From a virus, in the IMG/VR virus record IMGVR_UViG_3300025892_000009: DNA of 64,000 nucleotides; one strand, given 5' to 3'. How positions within the stretch are numbered: the stretch's first letter is position 1; the number at the start of each line of letters is the position of its first letter. The notes under the pieces were generated by a model. It made no database searches and was not told where the DNA came from. It saw nothing but the letters and a program-made list of their open reading frames with translations. A program made the position numbers and the translations under genes. Shown here one piece after another: positions 25,544-34,895 of the stretch.

Positions 25544-26884
25544 CTACCAACCTGCTTGGAAAAATGATTGTAATCTTAATTGTCCGCCCAATACTGGAGC
25601 GGCGAGTGCGCCACCGAAACTAATTGCAACATCACTAATGTTATTAGTAGATAGAAGAGTTGCGTCGGCGTCTGGGAATTGGATATTTACTGATCCAGTG
25701 ATATTAGATGCATCAATAGTAATAATACCATTAACATCATCAGGGTTGTTGACTTTCATCAACTCCATCGTCTTATTATATAGAGTTTGAGTTTTTCTCT
25801 CAGAGACGAGAATGTTTGTACCTGATGTATTTAGAGGAGCAGCAGCAGCATTATTTGGGAATGAAAACTGATATGTTTGATTGTCCTCGATATTGGAAAG
25901 ATCAAATTGAATCTTTCTACCATCACCATCAGTTGGATCAGTGTCACTAAACACTGCACCACGATAAACTTTGTTATAAATGATTTGTGCAGACTCTTCA
26001 CCAACTAATGTAATATTTAGGTCAGGGAAGATAACAGATCTATCAAGTGTTAGATTTGAAGAATCAAAAATAACATATCTTGTAGGATCATCTACATCAT
26101 TAGAAGGAGTATTTGAGAATGTGGGGTTAACCATATTCTTGTTAAATACATTCTGCTCAGTAACATCATCGATCAAAGTCGATTGACTTACAGTTGCACC
26201 AAAGTCAGGCAATTTATAGGTATGAAGACCTGGAGATTCCCAAGAGTCACATTCAAACGAAGCAATCTTATCAGTAGAAGTAGATCCAGTGACCTGCAAC
26301 TCTGAGTCTTTAATGATAATTGTTTTGTTTGTAACTGTCTGGAATGTGTCATTAGCGAGCAACGTTGTATTTGTTGCAACACCCACATTAGGTAAATCAA
26401 ACCGTCGTGTGCCAGATTGTGCAGAGATCGTGTCTACATTAAACTGCACTCTCTTTGCAGGGTTTTGATCACCACTTAGAAAGAATTGAGCATCAGTTTG
26501 AATAATAGGTCCATTGACTGTGAGAAAACCACTACCTTGTGGTGTCAATTCAATGCTTGAAGATGCCGATGCAGTATCAATTGCTCTGATAATCAGAGTT
26601 GAAGATCCATCAGTATTTGCTCTTCTACTATTATAGATTGCCGCAGTACCAAACGTCATACCGATCTCATCTACCGCTGATTGGTAGATACCAGTATCTC
26701 TATCTAAGTCAAAGGCTAGACCTGGAGCAGTTTGAGATCCTGTAGATAATCCACGAAAGAGTTGATTAATCTTTGCCTTACGGTTTGGAATTAGAGGGTC
26801 TGAGATAACAATAGGGAGAATTGCTTCCCCCGTCACTAAACCATCTGCAATCGTCTCTAACTGTGATATACGTTTATTTGCCAC
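25544..26884 (-). CDS. Virion structural protein (MANKRISQL...)
   Basis: GTG start; internal repeats of T-QT-TNKT; late promoter TATAAATA at 26914-26921. Confidence 0.7.
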   Translation of the reverse strand: MANKRISQLETIADGLVTGEAILPIVISDPLIPNRKAKINQLFRGLSTGSQTAPGLAFDLDRDTGIYQSAVDEIGMTFGTAAIYNSRRANTDGSSTLIIRAIDTASASSSIELTPQGSGFLTVNGPIIQTDAQFFLSGDQNPAKRVQFNVDTISAQSGTRRFDLPNVGVATNTTLLANDTFQTVTNKTIIIKDSELQVTGSTSTDKIASFECDSWESPGLHTYKLPDFGATVSQSTLIDDVTEQNVFNKNMVNPTFSNTPSNDVDDPTRYVIFDSSNLTLDRSVIFPDLNITLVGEESAQIIYNKVYRGAVFSDTDPTDGDGRKIQFDLSNIEDNQTYQFSFPNNAAAAPLNTSGTNILVSERKTQTLYNKTMELMKVNNPDDVNGIITIDASNITGSVNIQFPDADATLLSTNNISDVAISFGGALAAPVLGGQLRLQSFFQAGW

Positions 26885-26912
26885 GAAACCTTAAACACAA
26901 TTTGCTTCAGTT

Positions 26913-27575
26913 TTATTTATAACCATTTTCAACTAACCATTCATTAGTCATAGGTGTTGGTGGGTATACTTCCCACATACGACCACGCTCACACGCTTCT
27001 AGTGCTGCCATAGTCATACCTTCTGTCTTACCTGCCCAGGTTGCTTCCTTCTCCCATGGCCATGCTGCCTCAGGGTAGGTGCGCTCAACCATCTCACGCC
27101 AGATCATAGGAACGTCATCCTCTGGTCTGATGATAGCAATCATACTGTTATTAATGGTGCCTGCCATACAATCCTGTGCAGCATGCCATCCTTCATGACG
27201 CAGCACACTCATCAGTACACCAGGATCATCCATGTAAATCTTATTCAAGAAGAAATTGTTGGATACTGTATGATATACACCACGATGTCCTACTGGGAAA
27301 TACTTTCCATCAGCAAGATATACTTTCACATCAATGAGTGTAAGAGCATTCAGAATGCGACTAAACTCTTCTGCTACTGGACTCCAATTGGATTGAGGAT
27401 ACTGCTGTACAAGGTAATCAATACCCCAGATAGGTTCCACATCATCAGTACACTCACCAAGCAACATACATCCCAAGGAATGCATTGTTTTGTATTCATT
27501 ATCAACTAACGGTTCAGCAGATGTGGGAAGGGCAAATGCAGTTGCCGTCAAAGCAGCAATTAAAAGTTTTTTCAT
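26913..27575 (-). CDS. Putative secreted zincin-like metallopeptidase
   Basis: N-terminal signal-like segment, LRHEGWHAAQ (HExxH) and a downstream EKEA third-ligand motif. Confidence 0.6.
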   Translation of the reverse strand: MKKLLIAALTATAFALPTSAEPLVDNEYKTMHSLGCMLLGECTDDVEPIWGIDYLVQQYPQSNWSPVAEEFSRILNALTLIDVKVYLADGKYFPVGHRGVYHTVSNNFFLNKIYMDDPGVLMSVLRHEGWHAAQDCMAGTINNSMIAIIRPEDDVPMIWREMVERTYPEAAWPWEKEATWAGKTEGMTMAALEACERGRMWEVYPPTPMTNEWLVENGYK

Positions 27576-27904
27576 GCGGGGTTTGCTTTTACACCTGTAA
27601 TCATACCATCCTCAATTTCAATTGTCAACCTAGGATATGGAGCGTAATTTGCAGTCCATTTAGCAGGAAACACCTCAATAGTAGCATCTACAAGCAATGG
27701 ACTTACTTTTCCATGATTGCCTAAAGACTGATAAAATGGAAAATCACCAGTAAAAGTTTGTGTGCCGTTATAATCTATGGTCCAGAATCTACCTGATGGA
27801 TCTAACCATAACGTTTCACAGGTATTACTTAAATTTTTAGTATGTAATTCTTTATTATGAAATCCAGGACCTAAATCATAACCACAAAATATAGTATCAT
27901 ACAT
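27572..27904 (-). CDS. Hypothetical protein (MYDTIFCGY...)
   Basis: 110-aa ORF. Confidence 0.65.
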   Translation of the reverse strand: MYDTIFCGYDLGPGFHNKELHTKNLSNTCETLWLDPSGRFWTIDYNGTQTFTGDFPFYQSLGNHGKVSPLLVDATIEVFPAKWTANYAPYPRLTIEIEDGMITGVKANPA

Positions 27905-27932
27905 CAGTAATGTATAATTGCAACTATACTAT

Positions 27933-28412
27933 CTAGGGGGAAAAACTTAGAGAGAGTCTAGGAGTTAATACTTCTGGTTTATGCCATACACCTGATTGGA
28001 TGTAAATGGCATCACCTGGAAGGAGGGTATGGAGTTGCCCATCATCAAAACGATAACTAACAACTCCAATCCCTTGCACAATTAGCACATCCGTTTCATC
28101 TTCGTGCCCTCCAAAGTTAGAAGATGATTGTGCAAAGGACACATATGTATGGAATGTATTAAAACCGATATGGTCATAAACACGATCACAGACAGGAATA
28201 AAATTCTCTGGTCTATAATCACCCTCAGCAACGATTGATGGCATTGCACCAGTCGTTAAGGTGACATCTTCGTTTTGTGCAATTATAGACTCTTGATTGA
28301 AACGAGTGACACAATATTCACCAGTTTCAGAATCATTTTGCAGTTTTTCAAAGACATCCTGCCAAGTGATATGAGTCACTTCAGGAGAATAAGATCTTAA
28401 TACTTCAAACAT
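27933..28412 (-). CDS. Cupin/JmjC-like oxygenase
   Basis: GGHEDETDVLIVQ...LLPGDAIYIQSGVWH...RLSLSF. Confidence 0.8.
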   Translation of the reverse strand: MFEVLRSYSPEVTHITWQDVFEKLQNDSETGEYCVTRFNQESIIAQNEDVTLTTGAMPSIVAEGDYRPENFIPVCDRVYDHIGFNTFHTYVSFAQSSSNFGGHEDETDVLIVQGIGVVSYRFDDGQLHTLLPGDAIYIQSGVWHKPEVLTPRLSLSFSP

Positions 28413-28446
28413 ACATATAGATTTGAGACAGAAAATTATGTCTCAA

Positions 28447-28518
28447 AGCCTCTGACAGGATTTGAACCTGCGACCTGAGCTTTACAAAAGCCCTGCTCTA
28501 CCACTGAGCTACGGAGGC
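28447..28518 (-). tRNA. trnT: tRNA-Thr (anticodon UGU)
   Basis: GCCTCCG acceptor, TAGCTCAGTGGTAGAGC D-arm, GGGCT-TTTGTAA-AGCTC anticodon arm, GGTTCAAATCC T-arm; no encoded CCA. Confidence 0.93.
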
Positions 28519-28520
28519 AA

Positions 28521-28592
28521 CTCCCTCTCCTGGATTCGAACCAGGGACCAAGCGATTAACAGTCGCTCGCTCTACCGCTGAGCTAAGAAGGA
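28521..28592 (-). tRNA. trnN: tRNA-Asn (anticodon GUU)
   Basis: TCCTTCT acceptor, AGCGA-CTGTTAA-TCGCT anticodon arm, GGTTCGAATCC T-arm; no encoded CCA. Confidence 0.95.
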
Positions 28593-28780
28593 TTGTCATA
28601 CTCTTTCTTCGTTTTGAAGTAGAGTTTATAATATGGTCTTTTCATTTTATCAAGGACTTTCATATCCTCTTCAAACCCCATATATTTACAGAGTTGATAA
28701 GACCCCTCCAATTCACTAATCAATCTTAGTATATTAGCAGGGTGTCTGTCAAGTCCACCAAAGTCATATTTCGATGCCAT
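28583..28780 (-). CDS. Cyanophage hypothetical protein (MASKYDFGGLDRHP...)
   Basis: 65-aa ORF; last 10 nt overlap the 5' end of tRNA-Asn. Confidence 0.7.
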   Translation of the reverse strand: MASKYDFGGLDRHPANILRLISELEGSYQLCKYMGFEEDMKVLDKMKRPYYKLYFKTKKEYDNPS

Positions 28781-29381
28781 TAAAAAAATAAACTTGATTT
28801 ACTCTGTAGTCTTTAAAGTTGCGATCATCTACAACCTCCATACTATGGGGAAATTTTTTCCCATCAAACAATACACAACGATTGTGTTTTGATTGTACCG
28901 TATGAATGCAATTCCAATCTTTTTTAAAGACCCATGGGCACATATACTCAGGAAGCATAGGATTTAAACTATCTTGAGCATATAGATTTGTGCCCGTGCA
29001 GTCATTGAAATATACTATACCGTTGTAACCAATGTCTCTATGAGGCCACCAGTATTTGTTATCAAAATTATTATATTCTCGATCGATAAACTTGGTTACA
29101 TTAGTGCAGTATACATCATTAAACTCAGGAGATTGTCTACAAATTGATGACAATTGGTTGTAGATTGGAATTAAATCTACAACTCTTTCCCTTCTCCGAC
29201 GATCTTCATACTTTTCAGAGTTATAACCCGAGGGTGATTGTTTCCAATACTCTGGAAGTGGGTTGATACTATACTCATATACAGATGTTGGATCTTTGTA
29301 GAAGTTATCAATGATATAAATGGGACTACCTTCTATCTCATATGTAGATAACTGCCAATCATCAGTCTGGACATTCAGCAT
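28764..29381 (-). CDS. 2OG-Fe(II) oxygenase-like protein (DUF6445-like)
   Basis: IIDNFYKDP, PHRD, GTNLY, NRCVLFDG..FPHS, R-NQVYFF; likely ATG at 29381. Confidence 0.75.
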   Translation of the reverse strand: MLNVQTDDWQLSTYEIEGSPIYIIDNFYKDPTSVYEYSINPLPEYWKQSPSGYNSEKYEDRRRRERVVDLIPIYNQLSSICRQSPEFNDVYCTNVTKFIDREYNNFDNKYWWPHRDIGYNGIVYFNDCTGTNLYAQDSLNPMLPEYMCPWVFKKDWNCIHTVQSKHNRCVLFDGKKFPHSMEVVDDRNFKDYRVNQVYFFNGIEI

Positions 29382-29631
29382 AGTTTTCAACCCAGTCGGA
29401 TAAGTCAAACAAGATAGGATGACATAACTCAGAGATGAGATAGTCACTTATCTTGTATAACTCTTGCATAGTATAACGCCTTCCTGTATCTGCGTCAAGT
29501 TTTACTTCTTCTAATTCTTGAATTGCTTCGGGCAATTCTTCAAAAGTAAATGGCAACCCAAGTATATACCACATCTCAACAATATTGTTATCTAGATAGC
29601 AATAGTTGCTTGTGATACGTACCATTTTCAT
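29362..29631 (-). CDS. Hypothetical protein
   Basis: 89-aa ORF; start uncertain. Confidence 0.55.
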   Translation of the reverse strand: MKMVRITSNYCYLDNNIVEMWYILGLPFTFEELPEAIQELEEVKLDADTGRRYTMQELYKISDYLISELCHPILFDLSDWVENYAECPD

Positions 29632-29879
29632 TAGAAATCCTTTGTCATTTCTGTTAGAGATTCTGCAACATATTGTGTAACCATTGCTGGGTCAGGGACA
29701 AATTCTTCAGGATCTGGAATATTTATTTGTGATCCATTCGCTGCTGTCACAAGAGGAGTTAACAGACAAGTAGATTGCCCACTAAGAATTTTGATGGTAT
29801 GTCCTCGCTCTACAAGAGAAAACACAAAATCAAAATTTTCTTGACACTCCTCTACACCGAGAGTAATAATACTAGACAT
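29631..29879 (-). CDS. Hypothetical protein
   Basis: 82-aa ORF coupled to its neighbours. Confidence 0.65.
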   Translation of the reverse strand: MSSIITLGVEECQENFDFVFSLVERGHTIKILSGQSTCLLTPLVTAANGSQINIPDPEEFVPDPAMVTQYVAESLTEMTKDF

Positions 29880-30057
29880 AAGTAATCAATTCTAATGGGA
29901 CGTTTTCGTTAAAGGTTGCTAATGTTTCCTGGAAACCTTCTGCACCCTCCTCGTCAAATTTCCACTGGACCACTTCATCAAACCCTTCATTATCAAGAAT
30001 TTTTACAGTGCGTCGGGGAATATCAACCCAGATGTGCTCCAGATAGGTTTCGGTCAT
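29872..30057 (-). CDS. Hypothetical protein (MTETYLEHIWVDIPRR...)
   Basis: 61-aa ORF. Confidence 0.65.
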   Translation of the reverse strand: MTETYLEHIWVDIPRRTVKILDNEGFDEVVQWKFDEEGAEGFQETLATFNENVPLELITYV

Positions 30058-30090
30058 TGGAAGTCATGATGAAGACTTCCGTATCCTACC

Positions 30091-32724
30091 TCAATTTAGC
30101 AATAATGGCAAGCCATAGCACTGGTGGGGACCAAAAGCACAACCGTTTGCCATGAAACCAGATCCAACAGAGTAAGATGCCATACCAGATACGACCTGAT
30201 TGACAATAGATCCACTAGGTGTAAATTCTGTAATCACACCAGTAGGACATGCAATGAAACTATTAATAATACCCGATGTAGTGCCAATACAAATATCATG
30301 AATAGACCCTGGTTGGGCAGTTGCAACTGTAGTCCTAACGATCATAGGTGGTGCTGCAGAAGGGAATGGAGTATCAGTTGCTAACTCCAAAATAGTGCCC
30401 TTAACAATACGGAAACTACCAGTAAGAGCAGCAAAAGGAGTGAAGCATGCAATAACCTCCAGTCTCCCTGCATTTAGCATTGATGTAATCCAGTTTGCTT
30501 CATTGAAGATCTCACCATCAGCAACGTTTTCAATAGCGTTTGCTTCAGTACGGACAGTCTGTGAGTTGATATTGATTGACTCAATACCAGTGATATTTAC
30601 CTTATTGCCTTGGATCTTAATGTCACCCGTATATGCAATTTCATGATCACCTTCAATACGTTGTGCAGACTTTTGCTCCTTATCATCCTCTAACTGTGTT
30701 GCTAGTTGGGGACCCCATGGAGTACGACCCATCTCATCAGCATCAGGGTGGAAAGGGATCTTATCTACAGGGTAAAAACCACCTTGATTGTGTTTCTTAA
30801 AGTAAGAAACTCTTCTTTCCTTTTGCACATCACGACCTATCATGTTTAGGTCATCATTAGATGAATTTCCAGAATTCGAGGATCCTGTATCGAGTGGTGT
30901 TGCTCTACTTAAGTCTGGTGCCTTAGTAGATCCTTCAGATTTAGATTGAGGACCATTTGCTTTATTTTCATTTTTAGCACCAATAACTTCTTCATGGTAG
31001 TTACCCATGACTTTGAGATACATATCTCCTTCAACGGTCAAAACATAGTTGCCCTTGATGGTTTCACACTTATCTCTAGCAACAATTTTAGTTTGATTAT
31101 TTGGCACATTTGTATGCTCATTACCAAAAGAATCTTGGAAGTTTGTTACACCACCTGGACCCTGTGTAATCTTTTTCTCCTTTCCTGGAGTAGCATCATT
31201 GATATTCTTTGATCCATTCAAGAAAGTTTCAACTTCCAACATGTATGGATTGATGTCTGTAAACATCTGATCAATAAAACTACCCTTAAATCCAGCAGCA
31301 TTTTTCTGTCCCTTGCTTACCAAATTAGCATAAGGACTACCTTGGACAGCAGCGTCAATACCAGTACATCCCGTGGTTCCGATTAATGGGAACCACGACT
31401 TAGATTTCGGTCGTTTAATTTTCCTCCCGCAATCTTTCTTGAAGAATAGACCAAGAATTGCCAGAATGAATGAAATAAGACTGCCCCAATCCAGATTGGT
31501 AAAGTCAAACTCAAAAATTTGCTGCACTGCTGATCCCAAACGTCCAGCACTTTCTGCCGCACTCCTTGCAGTTCCAACAGCAGCAAGAATATCACCAGTA
31601 ATTGATGACATTCTATTCATCGCTGAGGTGATTCCCTCAAGAAGACGTGAAGTAACACCTTCAACTGCACCACTAATTGCAGTACTAATTTTATCTACCA
31701 CCAATGTGGCAATGGAATTTGCAAAGTTGGCAGTGTCTGATAGTGCCCCCTGCACTATACTTAACCACTCTGGTTTCTCTGCACAGAAAATAGCAAAGAT
31801 CTGATCAAGAAAACTAAGAATTGTATTGATAATACCTAATGGAATGAAACTGGAAATTGTTTTTACAAGTAAATTAATACCTTCAGCAATTGCCTGTGCC
31901 ATCATTTCTTTCAATGGTGCCAAAATAGCAGCAATACCACCCGATAAAAAGTTTGCAATCTTACCTAGATGCTCTAAAACTTTATCGCCTGCAATTCTAT
32001 TACCTGTAATTAGTGATACAAATCCACCTGGACCTGATCCTAATGTTGCTGCCATCGTGCCCAACTCGGTGAGCATTCTTCTTAGGTCAGTCTCAAATCC
32101 TTCACCAGCAGATCCAGCAACACCATCACCAATTGCCTGTTTATCAACAGGCGGTTTCATCGGATTGGTTACCGCATTGCCTGGACTTTCAGACGCAAGA
32201 ATAGGTATAGCGCCTCTTGATTCATCGGTACCACCCGATTCATTAGTAGGTGTAGTATTTTGATCTTTAACAAAAGGATTTCCATCCCTTTTCTCTTGAC
32301 CTGTAGGAGTATCTACTTGTTTAGCATTAGCAGGTGCATTCTTTTCAGCATCTTTAGATGCAGCAACTGTAGTCTTCTTATCTGGTGCATCCTGTTGGAA
32401 TCCACGGAAGTTTCCAAGCACCACTGGCAATTGTGCCTCGTCACCATCAAGGAAGAATCCTAATACCCATGCCCCAGGTTGTAGTCCTGTAGTTTGTCCA
32501 GTGTTTTTAGTGCCTGCTTGACTATTGGGAAGTAGACACATTGCCCATGGAAGGACATCTGTGGGTATTTCCTTCTCATAATCTTGCTTTTCTTTATGTC
32601 CCGTATACCATCCAAGAATACGTACACGAACTCTACCTAGTTGTGAGGGGTCACTAATATCTTCAACTTCTCCCACCCACCAAGTGTAACCATCTCTTCC
32701 TAAGTAATCAGTCCGCTCTCTCAT
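30091..32724 (-). CDS. gp5: Baseplate hub/spike protein gp5
   Basis: WWVGEVEDISDPSQLGRVRVRILGWYT...LPWA...GAWVLGFFLDGDEAQLPVVLG OB-fold N-terminus; late promoter GATAAATA at 32747-32754. Confidence 0.92.
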   Translation of the reverse strand: MRERTDYLGRDGYTWWVGEVEDISDPSQLGRVRVRILGWYTGHKEKQDYEKEIPTDVLPWAMCLLPNSQAGTKNTGQTTGLQPGAWVLGFFLDGDEAQLPVVLGNFRGFQQDAPDKKTTVAASKDAEKNAPANAKQVDTPTGQEKRDGNPFVKDQNTTPTNESGGTDESRGAIPILASESPGNAVTNPMKPPVDKQAIGDGVAGSAGEGFETDLRRMLTELGTMAATLGSGPGGFVSLITGNRIAGDKVLEHLGKIANFLSGGIAAILAPLKEMMAQAIAEGINLLVKTISSFIPLGIINTILSFLDQIFAIFCAEKPEWLSIVQGALSDTANFANSIATLVVDKISTAISGAVEGVTSRLLEGITSAMNRMSSITGDILAAVGTARSAAESAGRLGSAVQQIFEFDFTNLDWGSLISFILAILGLFFKKDCGRKIKRPKSKSWFPLIGTTGCTGIDAAVQGSPYANLVSKGQKNAAGFKGSFIDQMFTDINPYMLEVETFLNGSKNINDATPGKEKKITQGPGGVTNFQDSFGNEHTNVPNNQTKIVARDKCETIKGNYVLTVEGDMYLKVMGNYHEEVIGAKNENKANGPQSKSEGSTKAPDLSRATPLDTGSSNSGNSSNDDLNMIGRDVQKERRVSYFKKHNQGGFYPVDKIPFHPDADEMGRTPWGPQLATQLEDDKEQKSAQRIEGDHEIAYTGDIKIQGNKVNITGIESININSQTVRTEANAIENVADGEIFNEANWITSMLNAGRLEVIACFTPFAALTGSFRIVKGTILELATDTPFPSAAPPMIVRTTVATAQPGSIHDICIGTTSGIINSFIACPTGVITEFTPSGSIVNQVVSGMASYSVGSGFMANGCAFGPHQCYGLPLLLN

Positions 32725-32752
32725 TTTGTTTAAATTACCGTGTGATTATTTA

Positions 32753-33214
32753 TCAGATTTCTACAAATTCAAATTCACCATCAGTAGGCAACTTGCCCCA
32801 CTTGAATTCTTTAGTTTCTAAATCGTATCCAGTATCTAATGATCTATATTCTTTACCACTAAATCTAGTATTAGATATTACTCTAGCACCTTTACTAATA
32901 CATTCTCCTTTAGTAGTGCCATTCCACCACTCACCATCCCATGTCCAAATATAAGGACATGATCCAACTTCAGGATATAAAAGATTTTGAGACTCACTAA
33001 AACTAACTACAGTTGGACTGAGATATTCCCACTTAGTATGTCGATGTATGTATGGAGTTTTTTCACTTAGATACTTATACCAAGATTTTACTTCTAGTAA
33101 ATGATCTCCAATAACCTCAATTCGTATATCTATTTGAGGCCATTTAGCAGGATTAGACATCGCTTGCCTTTGATTCCTGTAATGACCCTGTATCAGTTCT
33201 TCAAAGCTATTCAT
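32753..33214 (-). CDS. cpeT: CpcT/CpeT-family phycobilin lyase
   Basis: GHYRNQRQAMSNPAKWP...PY...SLDTGYD...FKWG pattern. Confidence 0.85.
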   Translation of the reverse strand: MNSFEELIQGHYRNQRQAMSNPAKWPQIDIRIEVIGDHLLEVKSWYKYLSEKTPYIHRHTKWEYLSPTVVSFSESQNLLYPEVGSCPYIWTWDGEWWNGTTKGECISKGARVISNTRFSGKEYRSLDTGYDLETKEFKWGKLPTDGEFEFVEI

Positions 33215-33232
33215 TGCAACCCTACATGGTTG

Positions 33233-33261
33233 ATTATAATAAATTATTGTATACTTGTCAA
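33233..33261 (-). promoter_or_regulatory. Consensus sigma70 promoter of cpeT
   Basis: TTGACA (33256-33261)-N17-TATAAT (33233-33238). Confidence 0.85.
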
Positions 33262-33262
33262 G

Positions 33263-33502
33263 TCAATCTTCGTAGACTAGACATTCTGGTTCTGATGGGT
33301 TAGCATCACAGAATAATTCTAGGTAAGTAGGATCATGGTGATCACCTGCCGCAATCTCTTTCTTATGATGCTCTGCATAATCTTCTAACTCATGCAACTC
33401 GCCTTCAATATGACGGCGTTGCTGTGGAGAGATATTAGCATTGTCAAGAATTTTCTTGTCAGTTTCGATATGTTTTTCGATACTTTCCATGGTATCATTC
33501 AA
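33263..33502 (-). CDS. cp12: Calvin-cycle inhibitor CP12
   Basis: C-terminal LELFCDANPSEPECLVYED (C-x8-C); late promoter GATAAATA at 33516-33523. Confidence 0.9.
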   Translation of the reverse strand: MNDTMESIEKHIETDKKILDNANISPQQRRHIEGELHELEDYAEHHKKEIAAGDHHDPTYLELFCDANPSEPECLVYED

Positions 33503-33526
33503 GCGTTAACAATGATATTTATCATT

Positions 33527-34894
33527 TTAGTATGATGGCTTCTTGATAGAGTCCCTCATAAGTGTGAGTTTCGACGTTAAACCTTCCCTCTTATATGTGT
33601 GACTAACTGCTGCTATAATGTATTTGCCGCTATACTTTCGATCCTCTTTAACCTTTGCATTATTGCCAGAAGATTGCTCCGATGCAGGAATACGCACTTT
33701 AATTAACTGCCCTGCCATCAATGCAGTGTTACCAGGAACAACGATTGTTAACTGTACAGACTTAAGCAAACTATATCTGGCAGATGCATAAAGACCTACT
33801 TGTGATGTATCTTCATTAGATGTTGTTCCTGCATTTGCTGGTCCACTTCCACGTTGATTTTTCATATCAGGCAATGCTCTAATGTGCATCCTGGTAGGTC
33901 CAGCATCTCTAATATCTGCAGGAACTTCATACGGTGGTGTCTTTTCAATGGTACTTGCCATTCCAAAAACCTGATTAAAATCAATAATTTTAGGTTGAGT
34001 TATAGATCCCCTCTTATCATTATTGCCAGAGTCGGTAAGTTTAGAATTTGTCGGTATGGGTAATGATATACCAATCAACATGGACTTATATGTGCCCAGT
34101 CTCATGTTTCTAAGGTGATCCGCTTTATCTGGATACTGCACACTTTCAATGGAATACATTCCATCATCTGCAGGATCTGCACCTTGCTGTTGCAAGATGT
34201 ATGTAAAATTCTCTGCTCCTTGAATTGCACCCTCACACAGTCCATCAACTGAGTAAAATACATATCCATCTCTATTCTCAAAGAAAAGATATCCAGATTG
34301 TTTTGTAGATGACTTACCACCTTTCTGTCTTACGACTTTATCTGAGAGATATGATATAGCATCTGTGACTTTCCAATTAGGTGAGATAAAGTTAATGGTG
34401 CTATGAGATTCAAAATTCTTACCTTTTATTCTACTCTTAGCATCATCACCCCAATACTTTTCACACAAGTGTTTAGGTATGTTGCTAATATTTTTTGCTC
34501 CACCACCCATTGGACCAAATGATTTAAAAACTTTGCTCATCTCATTATTATAGATTTCAGGTGATGCACAATGTAAGATATACATCTGACCACGCTCAGA
34601 CTTAATAATACTACCGATCTTAAACACCTTAAGTTTCATCTTCAGGTGTTTGCCTTTTGCACTGTCAGTAACAACATCAATGTTGATAATCTCTCCACCC
34701 TGCAGAGTCTTGTTAAAGTCTACAGAGTCAACAATAGTAAAATCACAACGGACAAATGGGGACTCAATAGATTCGATGTATTCAAAATCTGCTACGATAT
34801 CTTTAATATCGTACGCATTGGATCCACCTCCTGAGTTGACTACTTCCAACTCAATTTTCTTTAATTCGTACTGTCTAGATCTTCGATTTGCCAT
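33527..34894 (-). CDS. Probable baseplate hub protein (gp27-like)
   Basis: YIESIESPF...D, GYLFFENRDGYVF, VPGNTALMAGQ, YSGKYIIAAVSH motifs; sits between tape-measure-like genes and gp5. Confidence 0.6.
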   Translation of the reverse strand: MANRRSRQYELKKIELEVVNSGGGSNAYDIKDIVADFEYIESIESPFVRCDFTIVDSVDFNKTLQGGEIINIDVVTDSAKGKHLKMKLKVFKIGSIIKSERGQMYILHCASPEIYNNEMSKVFKSFGPMGGGAKNISNIPKHLCEKYWGDDAKSRIKGKNFESHSTINFISPNWKVTDAISYLSDKVVRQKGGKSSTKQSGYLFFENRDGYVFYSVDGLCEGAIQGAENFTYILQQQGADPADDGMYSIESVQYPDKADHLRNMRLGTYKSMLIGISLPIPTNSKLTDSGNNDKRGSITQPKIIDFNQVFGMASTIEKTPPYEVPADIRDAGPTRMHIRALPDMKNQRGSGPANAGTTSNEDTSQVGLYASARYSLLKSVQLTIVVPGNTALMAGQLIKVRIPASEQSSGNNAKVKEDRKYSGKYIIAAVSHTYKREGLTSKLTLMRDSIKKPSY

Positions 34895-34895
34895 T

